A DNA stretch of 64,000 nucleotides from Camelus dromedarius. Lineage: Eukaryota. The position numbers were made by a program, and so were the translations under genes. Shown in pieces: positions 29,367 to 44,130 of this stretch. The stretch covers positions 89,902,001-89,966,000 of the forward strand of contig NC_087436.1 in NCBI RefSeq assembly GCF_036321535.1, read 5' to 3'. Below the pieces are notes generated by a model. The model made no database searches, was not told the DNA's origin, and saw only the letters and a list, made by a program, of their open reading frames with translations. Numbering within the stretch: the first letter of the stretch is position 1; each line of letters opens with the position of its first letter.

Positions 29367-29984
29367 TTGCATCCTTGATTCTTAGCTGCTTTATCTACAC
29401 AGTGGGGGCCTAATGAACTCCGAAACAGGAGGGAAGCCTTAGCACTCTTTATTTGACAGGTTCCAAATGGGACATTTGCGTATATCATTTAATGTTCAAG
29501 TATATAAAATGTGTATTATAATTCCCATTTTAGAGGTAAGGTCAGTGAGGCTGAGAAAGAGAGGAGGAGGGAGGGAGAGGGCGGGGGAGGGAAAGAGAGA
29601 CACAGGAGGATGATTTAACATTTGTTGGGGAATTCTGTGTACCAGGCAAGTAGGCCTGTACTCCCCATGACCTCCCCTACAAACATCATTTTCATTTTGC
29701 AGATGTGGGGAAGTGCTGAAGCTTAGCGAGTTCACATAGCTACTGTGACAAGAGCAGAATCCAAATCTGTGCCTGAGTTTAGTGCACCTTGTCTCTACGG
29801 ATGGCCACTGCTGAGCAATCTAAACACTTCATGCACTTTTAATGCACGATATAACTTTAAAGTTTATAAAGATCTCAGGGGTCGACCTAGCAAAATGCAA
29901 TGATTAGATTCATGATACTGACAAATACACAATGTAGACGTACCACTGGCTTTGAAAGGGGAACCCATTTATAGATCAGGCAGT

Positions 29985-30230
29985 GCAATTTTAATGAACA
30001 GTGTGGACTTCTGAGGCAGACTGCCTGGGTTTGTATCCCACCTCTACGACTTGCTAACAGAATGATCTTCACTAAGGTTCTCAGCCTCACTTCACCTCCG
30101 TTTCCTCAACTGTAAATGAGGATGATAATAATGCCTAACTCATAAGGCCATTATGAGAATCAAACAAATTTAATTCATGAAAAGTTCTTATAATGAGATG
30201 TGGCATATAGTAGATGCTCCAAAGTGATAC
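29985..30230 (+). mobile_element. MIR SINE
   Basis: cagactgcctgggtttgtatccca...tttcctcaactgtaaatgaggatgataataatgcctaactcataagg. Confidence 0.8.
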
Positions 30231-30449
30231 TTTTTAATCCTCTCTGGAGTAATGTAAGAATATGCGATTTATGTGCGAAAGGCTGCAGTGTATACTCTTC
30301 TATGGCCCATTTATATTACGATGTTGTGATTAAATCTCTGTTTCGTTCTGAAGCTTACATGCTTCTTAACCTGTATGTTCCTCCTTAAAGAATTTGTAAA
30401 TATAGTCCCCCGGTGTTACCATTCACAGTTTTTAAAATTAATTATCTCA

Positions 30450-32170
30450 TTCGGTGAACCAACAGAAAATAAGCATTTACTCTTGCCAGAATTGGAGTTA
30501 GGGGGCAGCATTTTTAAAAAAACATGATGAGCCACGTACCTACAAGCTGCTCAGAGTGTTGAGAAGTGAGAGGGACATGTAAATAAATATGAAATAAAGG
30601 ATCATAGGTTCTGGGAGAAAAATATTCCAAAATTAGGTAAGGGCAAAAAGAAGGGAGCAGTGAAATCTGAGGAAGTCAGAGAAGCCCCAAGGGAAGAAGA
30701 ATCAAGTCAAGCCTTGCAAATTAGCATAATAAAAAGGCCACATTCTTAGCAGAGAGCACACAATTATCAAAAGCAACATGGAGCATCTGAAGAACAATAG
30801 ATTACAGATTGGGTATCTCAGGTAGGGGACTCATGTTTGTAAAGATGGTTAGACAGAGACCAGTTCATGAACAGCCTTACATCCCGTGCTGAAGCCATGG
30901 AAACTGCTTAAAGGGTATTTTAGTGAGGGAGTAAAATGGATGCATTTGAGTTCGGGGAAGACTGTTATGGGGAATATTGTATAGACTGAAATGGTACGAG
31001 CGATGGAGGGTGACTAGTTAAGAGACAACTGACATCATCCGGGTGAGAAATAATGGAAGCCTGAATAGGACAATGACTGCTGGTGGAGAAGGGGCTCATA
31101 GACGTGAGAGCTGCAGAGGAGGGAGAATATGCAGGACGTGGTGAACGGAAGGGGAGAGACATGGAGCCACTGCCGCGTATGCCTAGATTTCTAACTGAGG
31201 GACTAGATGAATCTAATGTCATTCCCTACAATAGAGAATTATGCGAGACAGGTTTTGGTTTAAACCAGAAATTCAATTGTGAATTAAATTCTGTTCTATT
31301 GTGAATAGAGATCTGAGATTTCCGTGGGACTCATCTTCTGTGGGATTACTATAAAAACTTCCTCCCGTCTCTCTGTCCTTCGTCTTGCTTTCTTCATTCC
31401 ATCCTACACAGTGCGGCAAAGTAACCTTTCTAAAACTCAGACCTAGTTATAGAACCCCCTCCTGCATGAAGCTTTCCCTGACTTTACATTGTAGCCATTG
31501 ACTGAAACCCTTCCCATGACTATGAGGCCTTCAGGAGGCCTCCCCAGCCCAACCCATTGTGAGTCTATCTTTTGCTACACTGGGAATGTGTTTTTTAGTT
31601 TATTGAATATATTCCTCAGATTCTTCAAATTTCCTCTTAGGAAGCCTTCTCTGACCCCCAGATCTTGGATAGGTGCTTTTAGGTAGTGTCAGAGCACCCC
31701 CTACATTCTCCAGCACTTATTCTGCCGTCTGTTTGATTTGCCTGTCCATTATCTGCATCTTCCAGCAGGTTATATTCTCCCTGAGCACGTAATTGCTGGG
31801 TTTTTTTGTATACTCATGTCTCACAAAGTGTCAGGCACTCAGTACACTGGGTAGATTTTTTTAATTAAAAATTAATGTCATATAGGAGGCTCAAATAAAT
31901 TTGTAGTGAGTCCATGAGAGATATCCAGAAGATGGTCAGGGTGAGTTATTTGGCACTGGAGCTCATAAGACACATCCTTAAAGAGTTTTATCATATGGCA
32001 GCAGGTTAGGAAACCAGAGTAAATTATATTGTCCAGAGAGAACAGTAAAGTAAGAAGAGGACAAGAGTGACGTGTTACCTTGTGGATCCCAAACAATTAA
32101 GGGATGAGTGATAAAGAGCGATAAAGAACGGCCTACAAAGAGAGCTAAAGAGTGGTCAGAAGACAGAATG
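30450..32170. mobile_element. Nested LINE-2 fragments (antisense L2 interrupted by a sense L2 3' end at ~31340-31850)
   Basis: L2 motifs on both orientations. The antisense text resumes at ~31880 (ggcactggagctca...ctacaaagagagctaaagagtggtcaga). Confidence 0.6.
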
Positions 32171-32479
32171 TAATGAATAGCAGTAGCTCCAGAGCCTCTA
32201 TTTAGGTGGGACCATACTCGGGAAGTGCGGCTTGGGACTATCTGGAAGCTGCGTGTGCGTGGTAAGCACATTGGAATGACCTGCGGGAGGCCAATGCATG
32301 TATGTGTGTTGTTTTGTTATATTAGGTAGTTTGGCCTATTAGAGGGTGAATGTGAAACACTCCTTTCTTCCTTTCCCAAGTTTTCAAACAATGCCCGTAG
32401 CCTGTGCCTGGACCATCCCAGGCCTCCGTCAGAGATGACTAGTTATTTCCTGATAACTTAGAGAACATTACAAGTCTTG

Positions 32480-32800
32480 ATTGTAGCTGTGCACATGTCC
32501 AGACTACACTCCCCTGCCTCCTTTACTGCCAGATGTGGTCATGTGACTAAGTTCTCAAAGACGTAGGAGTAAAGGTTAGGCATACAGTCCTCAGGTTGTG
32601 CCCTCAAGGCGAGTGGACATGCCTCTCCTCCTCTCTCCCCTCTTGTCTGCTGGAATGCAGGCCAAACAGTGGCAAGTCCTCCTCAACCTCAAAGATGTGG
32701 ACATTACCTCTGAAACAGCAGAGAAGTAAGAAAGAGGAAGTCTAGGTGTCTAATACCACAGCAGTCATACCCTTGGACGTCTTACACTACAACTGTTAAA
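32480..32800 (+). mobile_element. MaLR LTR fragment (MLT1J/K-like)
   Basis: gactacactcccctgcctcc...agatgtggtcatgtgactaagttctc...ctgctggaatgcagg. Confidence 0.6.
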
Positions 32801-32924
32801 CGAGAAAGAGGATGGGGGGCGACTTTCACTGTACCTTGTCTGCTTTCCTACCTGCTCACTCCAGAGAATAGTCTTTAGTTGGTGCTTAGCTAAATATCTT
32901 TCCTAAGACTTAACTATAGCATTG

Positions 32925-33170
32925 TTATATGTATGTAATTTTATGTACTTATATAGTGAACATGCAACAATATATGTTATACAGAGACATATATACTATA
33001 TATACATTATATACTAAACATATACACAATGCACTAAATATATATACACTATATATACACATTATATACACACTGTATACTGCATATACATTATATATGC
33101 ACTATACATACCATATCCTATCCTACATACTATAATATACATACACAAATGAAATGTTACACATATAATA
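32925..33170. repeat. Degenerate (TA/TACAC)n low-complexity repeat
   Basis: Repeated tatatacac/tatacatta units. Confidence 0.85.
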
Positions 33171-34456
33171 TTTTGAAGACTTATTGTGGACATGGACTAT
33201 TTACTTAAAACTGTTTCAATGATCATGCATCTCTCTAATTCCAAATCTTCCAACTTACCCATCTCCCTAGTCATTGAATTCTGGAAAAAAAAAAAATAGC
33301 TAGCATCAGACTATTTTTGTGTATTTATGTATTTAACCCCAAACACACACAAACATACTCACTCATTTCTGTGTCTGTATCTACACAAATAGGTGTATTT
33401 GCCTCAAAACTATATTTATTCATTCATTCAGTTAGAAAACATGTGCCAGGCACTCTGCTAGACCTTAGAGATACAAAGTGATACAAAGTGAACAAGAAAG
33501 ATGTGATCCCCACCCTCAGGAGGTTACACGCTGTTTGAGGAGATGGGAAGGTAAACAATTGCATATATTATGATATGCTATGTTCTAGGAATACTCAGGT
33601 GCTCTCTGAGAACATAGAAGGGGCACTCAACACTGATTTAGAGCATTAACTGATCTTCATAGCTGGAGGCTCCAGCACGGATTCCCCAGAGTTCATGAAT
33701 ATTCATACACATATATGTATATGTACTTTCATATTTACACTGATTGCAAATAAATTTCAGTCGATATCCATGAAGGTTTTTAATATCTTACCAATTTAAC
33801 AACTAGTGTGTATATTAAATTAGGGTCAGTATCATTACTGTATGAATTTTCTTCTTATTTTCAGTCTTACAATATGATTTTGCTTATGCTTGCAATGAAA
33901 GTATTAAATAATTGGCCAGATTTTACAAGTAATATTTTTTGCCAAAAGTATAATGAAGCCAGTTACTGGGGGAAAATATTAAGCAAGCACTGAATAAATC
34001 AGGTACATATGATTTGGTTGATTTCTTGAATTTTCCTATTTTTTGTAAGTTTTTTTAAATGATGTAGATACAGTGATATAACAATACTCTGATGTTATAA
34101 TGCATTTTCAATTTTAAAATATGTTTTCAAAATTCTTGTTTTAAGATTTAGCTAGCAGAACAGAGTGAACTGTTAGAGCATCTGTGTTTCAAATTTAATT
34201 GTGCTGGCCAAATTCAGAGATTTATGAATTTGCCTTGTTGACTATCAGTCATCTGCTGCTAGTTCATTGTCTACTTCCAGAAGGTTGCCTATATTATATT
34301 GATTCATTCCCTTGCTAAATATTACCTAGCTTGTTTGATTATCTGTCAAACTCAACTACCCAGAACACAACCAGAAACCCAGAATAATTTAAAAAAATAG
34401 ACATATGACTAATAACATGGGAAGTTACAAAAAATCATGGTTAAAATCAAGGCACT

Positions 34457-36880
34457 GAGCTTCAGGTTTCAGCACTGACATGTGAAGAGCTTGCAAGCTG
34501 TCACTCCCATGCTTACAATAAGAAAAAGCTGAACAAATGAAAATTAAGGGCTTTTATGGCATTCGTATGAGAATTGAGGTGACAAGCAAACTGTCATTCC
34601 AAATTGTGAAGAGGCAGGCACATGCAGAGAGACACAGCTAAGGGTTTTTGTTTAGTTTTGACCTGGGAGAGTTGCCGCTGAAGCATCACACACTGGCAGA
34701 GGCACTTACGTGGTCATTTTGATGAACTTCTGGAGATTGAGTGTATACCTGGGTGCGAGTGAGAAACAGTCTGCTGGGGGAGACCCACATACTCAGGGGC
34801 TTCTCCTCTGGGAATCCTGCCAGGTTCTCAAGATAAAGCTCTGAGAAATATCCCTTCCTGCCAATGGCAGAGGAAGGAGCAAGGAAGAAGAACTTTTTGA
34901 AAGATACTCAGAGCCTTCTCCATAACCAAGGCCCATGTCCAGGGGAAGGGACTCAGCCAGAGCCTCACCCCAGCTGATGGAAGGGCCTTTCTCCTGCTGC
35001 AACCCCTCTAAGTCTTACTCTCTCACCTAACAGGGGCTCAGGAAATGAAAAATTATCAACTGAGATCTGAGCATCAAGGAAGTAGACTAGATATGCTACA
35101 GCCACTGAAAGGAGTAGGGAGAGTGGGGAATAAAGCCGTACCAGTGGAGAAATACTTACAAAGTTACAGTTAAGACACAGGCTGCCTAAAAGATTGATTT
35201 AATCAGAAGATTACAGAGCAGTCTCCTTACTACATACCTTACTATCACACCAGTAGGACTCTGGTAGAATAGCAGCATCTTACAGCACAAAGAGCTGAAG
35301 ACACAGACTCCCCAGGAGGAATAGCTAGGAAAGTCGGGGAAGCCAGAGCAAGAACACGCAAAAAAATACCTTGAACCCTGTGGCACCTACAATGACAGCA
35401 AACATTAAACACAGCCAACCTTTAACCAGATTAACATAAATCCTACCGTAACAGTATATTTATCTCAGTTCCTATTATCCAAATCAATATGGTCAGCTTT
35501 CACCAAAAAATTATCAGTGATGCATGTCAATTATATCCTAATAAAACTTACAGAAAAAAATCAGAAGGCATGCCAAAAGGAAAAACAGAAAACAAAGAAA
35601 ACACAGTCAGAAGAGAAAAAGCCAACAGAATCAGACTCAGACATGACAGGGATGTCAGAATTACTAGACAAGGAATTTAAAATAACAGATGCCTGGAGAA
35701 AGAACTTGTGGTATATGTATACAATGAAATACTACTGAGTGATAAAAAAAAGAATAAAATAATGCCATTTGCAGCAACATGGATAGACCTGGAGATCATC
35801 ATTCTAAGCAAAGTAAGCCAGAAAGAGACAAAAATGCCATATGATATCACTCATATGTGGAATCTAAAAAAAAAAAAAAAAAAACAGGGCACTAATGAAC
35901 TCATCTACAAAACAGAAACAGACTCGCAGAGATAGTAAACAGTCTTAGGGTTACCAGGGGAAAGGGGGTGGGAAGGGTTAAATTTGGAGTTTGAGATTTG
36001 CAAATATTAACCATTATATATAAAAATAGATTAAAAAACAAATTTCTTCTGTATAGCACAGGGAACTATATTTAATATCTTTTAATAACCTTTAATGAAA
36101 AAGAATATAAAAATGAATATATATATATAGGTATGCAGGACTGGGACATTATGCTGTACACCAGAAAGTGTCACACTGTAACTGACTATCCTTCAATAAA
36201 ATAAAGAAGAAAATTCCCAACAATTATCCCTTCAAAAAATAAAATAAAATAGAATAAAATAAAATAAAATAAAATGATTAATGTGTTAATGGATCTAAAC
36301 GAAAAAGTAAACCACATGCAAGAAGAGATTATTTATATAATCAGAGAGATGGAAACTCTAAGAATCAAAAGGAATGACAGAAATTAAAAGCCACAATAAT
36401 AGAAATTGAGACTGCCTTTAAGCGGGCTCATGATTCAGTTAGCTTGTACGTAGATCATTAGAAACTTCCCAAACTGAAATTCAAGTAGGGGGAGAAAACT
36501 GAATAAACAACAACAAAGCAGAATAAAACATCCAGGAACTGGGCTACAATTTCAATAGGTATAACAACTCATAATTGGAATATTAGCATAAGAAAGTAGG
36601 AACAGAGCAGAAAAATATATTTGACATAATCATGGCTGAAACTTTCCAAATATTAATGACCAAACTGCAGGTCCAGAAAGCTCAGAGAATCCCAAGGCTA
36701 AACACAAACAAGACGAACAAACAAAAAAAATGCACCCAGTCTTATATTCAAACTGCAGTAAACCAAAGGCAGAGAGAAAACATTGGAAAAAACTAGAGAA
36801 GTTAAAAACAACCACTTTAACTACAGAGGAACAACAGCCAGGGTCATCTTTCAAACAAGAGATACTGACCATGCCACTAA
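34457..36880 (+). mobile_element. Old L1M 5' region and ORF1 relic, interrupted by a younger L1
   Basis: ORF1 signature ataatcatggctgaaaactttccaaat (IMAENFPN) and a degenerate PRHIIFKL-K-K-KEKIL-like segment at ~36735-36800. Sequence is continuous across the 35685-36274 insertion. Confidence 0.75.
35685..36274 (+). mobile_element. Young 5'-truncated L1 (ORF2 end plus 3' UTR; artiodactyl/camelid-like)
   Basis: Encodes KNKIMPFAATWIDLEIIILS (L1 ORF2 C-terminus), has a G-rich tract, AATAAA and an (AAAAT)n tail. Confidence 0.92.
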
Positions 36881-38739
36881 CCTGCTGGAGACGAACCTGC
36901 AAAGCTTTCCCATTGCACTTGAAAATACGTTTATCATCTTAACACCATCAAATAGGCCCTGGATGGTCTGGCTCTCACCTTCCCCCTGGCCTCATCTTTA
37001 TGAAACCCTCCACTTCTGCCCTCCCCTACTTTGCGGGCTTCTTTCCGCCGCCCCCCCACCCCCCTCGCAGTGCCGTGTTTCCCCAACCCCCTGGGCTTCT
37101 GTGGATGTTCTTTCCTCAGTCTAGTGTTAGCTTCCCTTGTCTGGCGACCCTTTTAAATTTCCCCATATTTCCTTGGGGAAGCCTAACCCAACTTCCCAGT
37201 CCATGTAGGTCACCCGATGACAGTTCATCATGGACCTTGCCCAGTTGTGACCTTAGGGGACTTTGTACTCTTTTGAAAACCGTATCTCCTAGAGAATGAT
37301 TTGGTTTGGCTCACCTTCCCACAGTGCCCAGCACAAAAGGGAACAAAATGCCTGCTTGCTTTATAAAAGAAGGGATAGATTTCTTGCAATTATCCTAATA
37401 AATTAATGCTTATCAGTGACAGATCATCGGAAGAGTAGTTTCAATTAATATTTATTGATTCATTTAAAAATAACCTATTTAATGACCTCCTCTTCTCTGT
37501 TATGTAACCTTTTACATTTTGGGGAGAAGAAGACAGACTCTAATCCATGTAGTTTATTGGGGGCATACAGGCGTGTAAACCCACAGACAGTTCAAATCAC
37601 AAGAATGTGATTTAATAAAGGCATGCAGAGGACCATGTCACAGGTGCCTTTAGAGACGAAATCCTGCAGCAAGAAGAAGCTGAGCTGTGGGTACTGCAGC
37701 ATTAGTCCAATGTGCACTCTTTGGGGGCGGGAATCTTTGCTGTTTTGTTATCAGTGTGTTCCTCATGCCTACAAAATGTACCTGGCACTTAGTGGGTACT
37801 CAGTGATTTATTAAGAGGAGGAATAGGAATTCGCTAAATTAAAATGAGGGATAAGTGACGAGGAAAAAATTCTAGGCAGAGGAAACAATATGTCACCCAG
37901 ACTGAAAATACTCATGCTAACTGCAACTTCCACCTGAAATTTGAAATGGCTTCATTTAGATTGCAAAGGCTTTTCACTGAGAGAGGGGCATCAGGATGAA
38001 AAGGGTTTGGGGAAAGGGATATGCATTTTGAATTTGTTAAATCCGTGATACATTCAGGTAAGCAAGAAGAAACTTTTGTAATCCTTCACAGTGTTGTCTA
38101 CACTATGAAGAAGCTTTCAAACTTTTTTTTTGTCTAGATCCTAATCAATACTTTCTAAATTTACAAAGTTTAAATTAGTGAGGTTGGGGATAATTAGGTT
38201 TTATGGCAAAGATAATGTTATCCAAGTCCTAATTTCTGCTTCTAACACATATAAGTTTCAATGTTTTTATCATTCAAATGTAGTACTGTTATGAGTTAAA
38301 ATTTCAGTCTTTAAAATACTGTAAAATAAAATAAAATTGCAACCTTTCATAGGGCACTTATACTGTCTTGTAAATGTTATTATTGTCTTTTTTTTTTTTT
38401 TTTTTTTGGAAAGGGGATCATTGCTTTGTCCATTGGGCTGAAGAGGGGAGGTGGGAATCCAACATTTTGTTACCAGAATGTCTGCTGTTTCTGCCATTTC
38501 TATCAGTAACCAGCAGGTGGTGTCAAACAATTTTACATTTCTGTTTATTGCAGTATTTGCGCCAGTTTAGCTTCGGAGAACTCTCCTTCCTAACTTCCAC
38601 TTCACACTTCAACCACAAACACTCACACTCGAGCATTTGATGGGGATAAAGGTCTAAAGAAGGGTTTTATTTTATTTTTCTGATTTAAATATGTCCTGAC
38701 TTTGCTTTCACGTGACACTATTTTTGCACATGCACTGAG

Positions 38740-38945
38740 GTATCTTTTTATAATAGAGGTACTGCTTTATATGCTGTAACTCACTTGGTTGCTATAACAA
38801 CACTATGGAAAAACACTATTCCTAGTCCCCACTTTACAAATGAGTAAACTGTGGAACAAAGAGACTAGGGAATTTCCCCAAGGTCACAAAATTAGAATCC
38901 AGGCATCTGGCTGTGGAGCCCACAGTCTGAGTCTCTGTGCTGAAA
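38740..38945 (-). mobile_element. MIR SINE
   Basis: ccccactttacaaatgagtaaactgtgg...cccaaggtcaca...gaatccaggcatctggct. Confidence 0.75.
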
Positions 38946-40024
38946 TCACTTCCCCTGATCTGATTTTCTCCTTCAGTGCACATTTTCACTCAACACATAG
39001 CATTTCTTTACTTTGACAGCGTTTTCTCAGCTACTCTGTGTTGAGGTTTTTGGCACCTACACCCAGAAATGAGAAATATTACATAGAATAAAATCAGAAA
39101 ATAAAATAGCTACATGTTAGCTATTGTCTGTGTATGGGGAATGCTCACATATTTTTCACATCTATGAGCAGAATTTTAGTGCTGAAAGCACTTTAAAATA
39201 TTTGCATTTTATTTTACTGAAAAAGGAACTTAAGCCTCCCAAAGAAGCATTGAGTTTTGGTGGTAACAGAGGTGATGAGGAAAGATACAGTCTGTTATAG
39301 AAATGCTGTGGGAACATTCATTATGGAGGCCCTACTAGGTATAGGAAAATGCCTGGTGCTGGAAGACGGGCACGTGGAAGGTTTGTGAGTTTTCTATGTA
39401 AGTGCAGTTCTTTACTTAATGCCTCACTCTTCTGTCTACTGTGTTGTGGGACCAGGCTAGGCTGTACTAGCAGGTGGAACAGCTGGCGTATAAGCATCTT
39501 ATCCTTCCAGTAAAAACAAGAAAGGAAGGAAAGGAGGGATGGAGGAAGGAACTTACAGTTAGTGTTAACAATATTATTGTCAAGTTTCCACAATCAGATG
39601 AAAGAAAATAAAATTCAGTTATACGGAAGATTTGAATATGGTGAAAGAGAGCCTCATAGTAGATTCCGATTGAAATTACTATCACATTTTATTGACTTGA
39701 ATGATTAGACCCAAGTCTAGTTTTCAGTTAGTAGAATAGACTTAGAATCATAGTTAAATTTATAGTTTGCCAGAATTTGAATATGCATTTTTTGTTGATT
39801 TTCTTTAAGTTGGCATTAAGGTGTCTATTAGTCATTCCCAAGAATTCACACTTGAATTGGAAATGATTAAATGTCATTAACAATCTTTTGTTTAAATTAA
39901 AATTTTTTATTTTTTCTTATTGCAAATGCAAAGCAGGTTCACTGCAAAGGAAAAAAAGAAAAGAAATTCCTTCAATGTTAATTTCCATAAGTAACTATTA
40001 TCTTATATTGTATCCTTATAGGAT

Positions 40025-42040
40025 ACCTTATACAGGTCTCAGATTAGCAACCTCACCTTCTACTTTAAAAACAAACAAACAAACAAATAAATGAATAACA
40101 ACCTAGAGCAAGAAGAAGGGGATTAATAAAAATTAGAACAGAGATAAATGGTACAAAGAATAGAAATAATAGAGAAAACCAACCATAAGTTGGTTTTTGA
40201 AAATGTCAACAAAATTGTCAAGATTTTAGCTAGACTGATCAAGAAAAAAAGAGAGAAGACTCAAAATTTTAAAATCATGAAATGAGAAGGGACATAATTA
40301 CTGACATTTAGACATAAGAAAGATTATAAGGGAATCTATGAACAATTGTATGCCAAAAAATTAGATAACTGGGACTAATTCCTCGAAAAGTTACCAAAAC
40401 TGATTTGAGTGTGAATAAATCTATAATAAGCCCTGAAGTGAGCAAGCAAAAAAAAAAAAAAAAAAAAAAAAAATCAATAAAAGCCTAAGGCTAGATGGCT
40501 TTTCTGGCAAATTCTACCAAATACTGACAGAAGAATTAACAAAATTCTTTCTCAAACTCTTTGAAAAAATAGATGAGGGAACTTCTTGATTCATCCTGTG
40601 GAGCTTTGCCAAGATAACAAAACCAAAGAAATCACAAGGGAAAAAAAAACAAACCTGCAGATCAATATCCCTTAAGAGTATAGATGCAAATATTCTCAAC
40701 AAGATACTAACGAACTGAAGCTAGCCACAAACATATGAAAAGGATTACAAAACATGACCAAGTGACATTTACCTGAGGAATGCAAGATTGGTTCAACATA
40801 CAAAAAGCAGTCAATGTAATTCCAACATATTTATGGAACATGAAAAAACACAATTATCTCAATAGACTCTGAAAAACAAAATAAAACATCTTTCATGATA
40901 AAAATAGTCAGCAAACTAACACCAGAAAAGGGCTTTTTCAGCTCAATAAAGCAGATTTAAGAAAAGCCCACAGCTAACATCATACTTAGAGATGAAAGAT
41001 TAAAAGCTTTTGCCCTACCATCAGGAACAAGATAAGGATGTCTGATTTCACCAGTTCTATTCAACATCATACTGCAAACTTTAGACAGAGCAGTTAGGCA
41101 AGAAAAATAAATAAAAGGCATTCAATTTGGAAAGAAAGAAGTAAAACACTATTTGCAGATCACTTTCTTATATACAGGAAATTCTGAGTAAACTACACGC
41201 AAACTATTTGAGCTAATGTGTTCAACAAAGTCTCAGGGTACAAGATCAACGTAAAAAATCGGTTTTGTTTCTATACACTAGCAATGAACAATCTGAAAAG
41301 GAAATTAAGAAGATATTTCTGTTTATATAACATCCAAATGAATAAAATGCCTATAAATAATATGTTTAAAGATGAAAGACTTGTACGTTGAAAACTACAA
41401 AATATTGTTGAAAGAAATTAAAGAAACACTAAATAAATGGTGATTATATATGTATACATAATTGAAATAGATAGGTAGCCCATGTTTGGGGATTGGAAGA
41501 CTTAGTATAGTTAAGATGGCAAAACTACCCCAAACAAGCCAATATCTATGAAAATTGCAATAACTTTTCTTGAAAAAATGAGCAGACTAGCCATAAAATC
41601 ATAGGGAAGTGTAAGGGACCCTGAATGGCCAAAACAGTCTTGAAAAAGAATAACATAGTTGAAGGGGTCACACTTTCCGATTTCAACACTTATTCTAAAT
41701 CTGTAAGTCATCAAAACAGTGTGAAATTTGCATAAGGACAGGCATGTAGATTCATGGAATGGAATGGAAAGTCCAGAAATAAACTCATATTTGTGTGGTC
41801 AAATGATTTCATCAACAATGCTAAGATCATTTAATGGGGAAAGAAAAGTCTTTTCAACAAATGGTGCTGGGACTACTGGCTATCCACATGCAAAAGAATG
41901 AATTTGGACATCTACCTTGCACAAAAGTCACCTCAAAATGGACCAAAAGCCTAAATGTAAGAACTAAAATTATGAAATTCAAGAAAATATAACTCTAAAT
42001 CTTTATGACCTTGGATTAGGCAATAGTTTCTTAGATGTGC
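40025..42040 (+). mobile_element. Degenerate L1 ORF2 fragment including reverse-transcriptase domain
   Basis: RSISLKSIDANILNKIL (cf. RPISLMNIDAKILNKIL) at ~40660, GTR-GC-like motif at ~41025 and ctatttgcagatcac (LFADH, cf. LFADD) at ~41150. Frameshifted and 3'-truncated. Confidence 0.92.
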
Positions 42041-43393
42041 ACCGATTCGTAATTCCTATCAAAGAGGATGTCCATCGCTCCATATTCACCTCAACACCGG
42101 AATAGTATCAATCTTTTGAAGTTTTGCTAACATTTTGCTGGTAATATTGTTTTAAAAATGCATCTTACTATTGCTTTTTTTCCTTGAATGCTGATGAAGT
42201 TAAATATATTTTCATATATTGATATGTCACTTGCATTGATACATATATGTGTGTGTGTGTTTACAGGAGGATATGGTTGTGGTTTGTGGGTATGTATGTG
42301 GGTGTATCTGTCTTGTATTCTATTTAATTATTCTCCTGTACCAAATTCTCAAAAGAAAACATCTTCGCAATCTAAAACCTTTCACAGCTTGATGCATGCA
42401 AACACAGTATTTCTGTAAATGTGTTTTTTAAATTCGACTCAGCAGCAGGTGAGTTAAATTTATTTTTCTACCTTTCATTCTTATTACTACCATCATATTC
42501 CCAGATGCATTCACTCATGATTAAACAGAATTATTGGTATTTTGAATTGCTAACTCTACTGTGGATGAGAAAAAAGCTGTTTTATTTATCCTAAGGGAAA
42601 GTAAAAAATAAAACATAAAAATTTCGATATATGAATGAACATTTCTTCAACATTTAATTCTCTTTCAATTTAATGTATCCCCTATGTACATAATTAATCC
42701 TCTATTGGATCTCTGGTAAAACAGGTAATTGTAGACGTTTTGACTGCTGATGTTGTAAATACCTCCTGAATTGTTGGTTCTTGTCACTTAACCGTTGTGA
42801 TTCCCTGACCATAGGCAGAAAAGCTTTATAATGAAAGGAACGAGATTATTTTTTAAACCAACAGAGGTATAAAATATTCCTTAAAAACAGTGATTCATGT
42901 TTTTTTACGGTTTGAGGTTTAGTTGTTTGCTTTATTTTCTATAGATTCTAAGCTACATTGTGAAAGACACTGTCTTAATACTAATACTAGGCAATTCAGA
43001 ATTAATTTCATACTTAGGTAACTATACTTAGAATGAAGACTTTCTTAATTGTAGTTCCATTGTGATCATTACTGTGGATAATTGATCCACTGCTTAGCAT
43101 GATTCAATAAATGGTAAACAGATTAATGCGAAGCTTTATGTAGGATTTTTAAAAAATTAATGTTAATAGACGATGGGTCAATATCAAGGACCAGCTTCCC
43201 TCACTGTAAATTCAACTTGAGTTTCACCAGGCTTTCTAACCTCAACAATACTTGAGAAAAAAAGGAATTTATACAAAAAAAAAAAAAAGCATTTCAGAGT
43301 CATCCCTTCAAGAATTATAATAACCATTTATTATAGTTAATTTTGCACTATTTTCTTCCAGAACATTTTTGTTTGTTTGTTTGTTTATTTTAG

Positions 43394-43822
<429 letters not shown>

Positions 43823-43894
43823 TAAAGTGTGCTCTTGCATGAAATCCTTTAGGAGTGCTTGAAGCAGTATTACTTCCGTTAAAACCACTTGCTA

Positions 43895-44130
43895 GCACCT
43901 TCTGAGCTCTGACTGTGTGTCAGCACTGTACTGAGATTTTTACATATGCTCTCTCATGTAATTGTTACAACTTTCTAACTAGGGTCTCTTTTTAATTCTC
44001 ATTTGTTTCTGATGAAGAAGCTGTGGCTAAGTGAATTTATTTACTTGCTCAAGCTCACACAACTAGTCAATCAGTATATATGAACCCAGATCTGCCTGAC
44101 CATGAAGTTCATGCTCTGAAGCATCACATT
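43895..44130 (-). mobile_element. MIR SINE
   Basis: ctgtgtgtcagcactgtact...gatgaagaagctgtggct...acttgctcaagctcacacaactagt...tgaacccagatctgcctgac. Confidence 0.8.

Noticed and set aside
32929..33135. 68-aa Tyr/Ile/Thr-rich ORF
   Set aside because: Translation of a TA-rich simple repeat.
36195..36274. Possible second short 3' transduction in an L1 tail
   Set aside because: Only about 20 non-A nt between A-rich tracts and no clear TSD, so it cannot be distinguished from tail decay.
40025..42040. Functional reverse transcriptase gene
   Set aside because: Multiple stops and frameshifts, and the catalytic motif has decayed (FADH). It is an L1 fossil.
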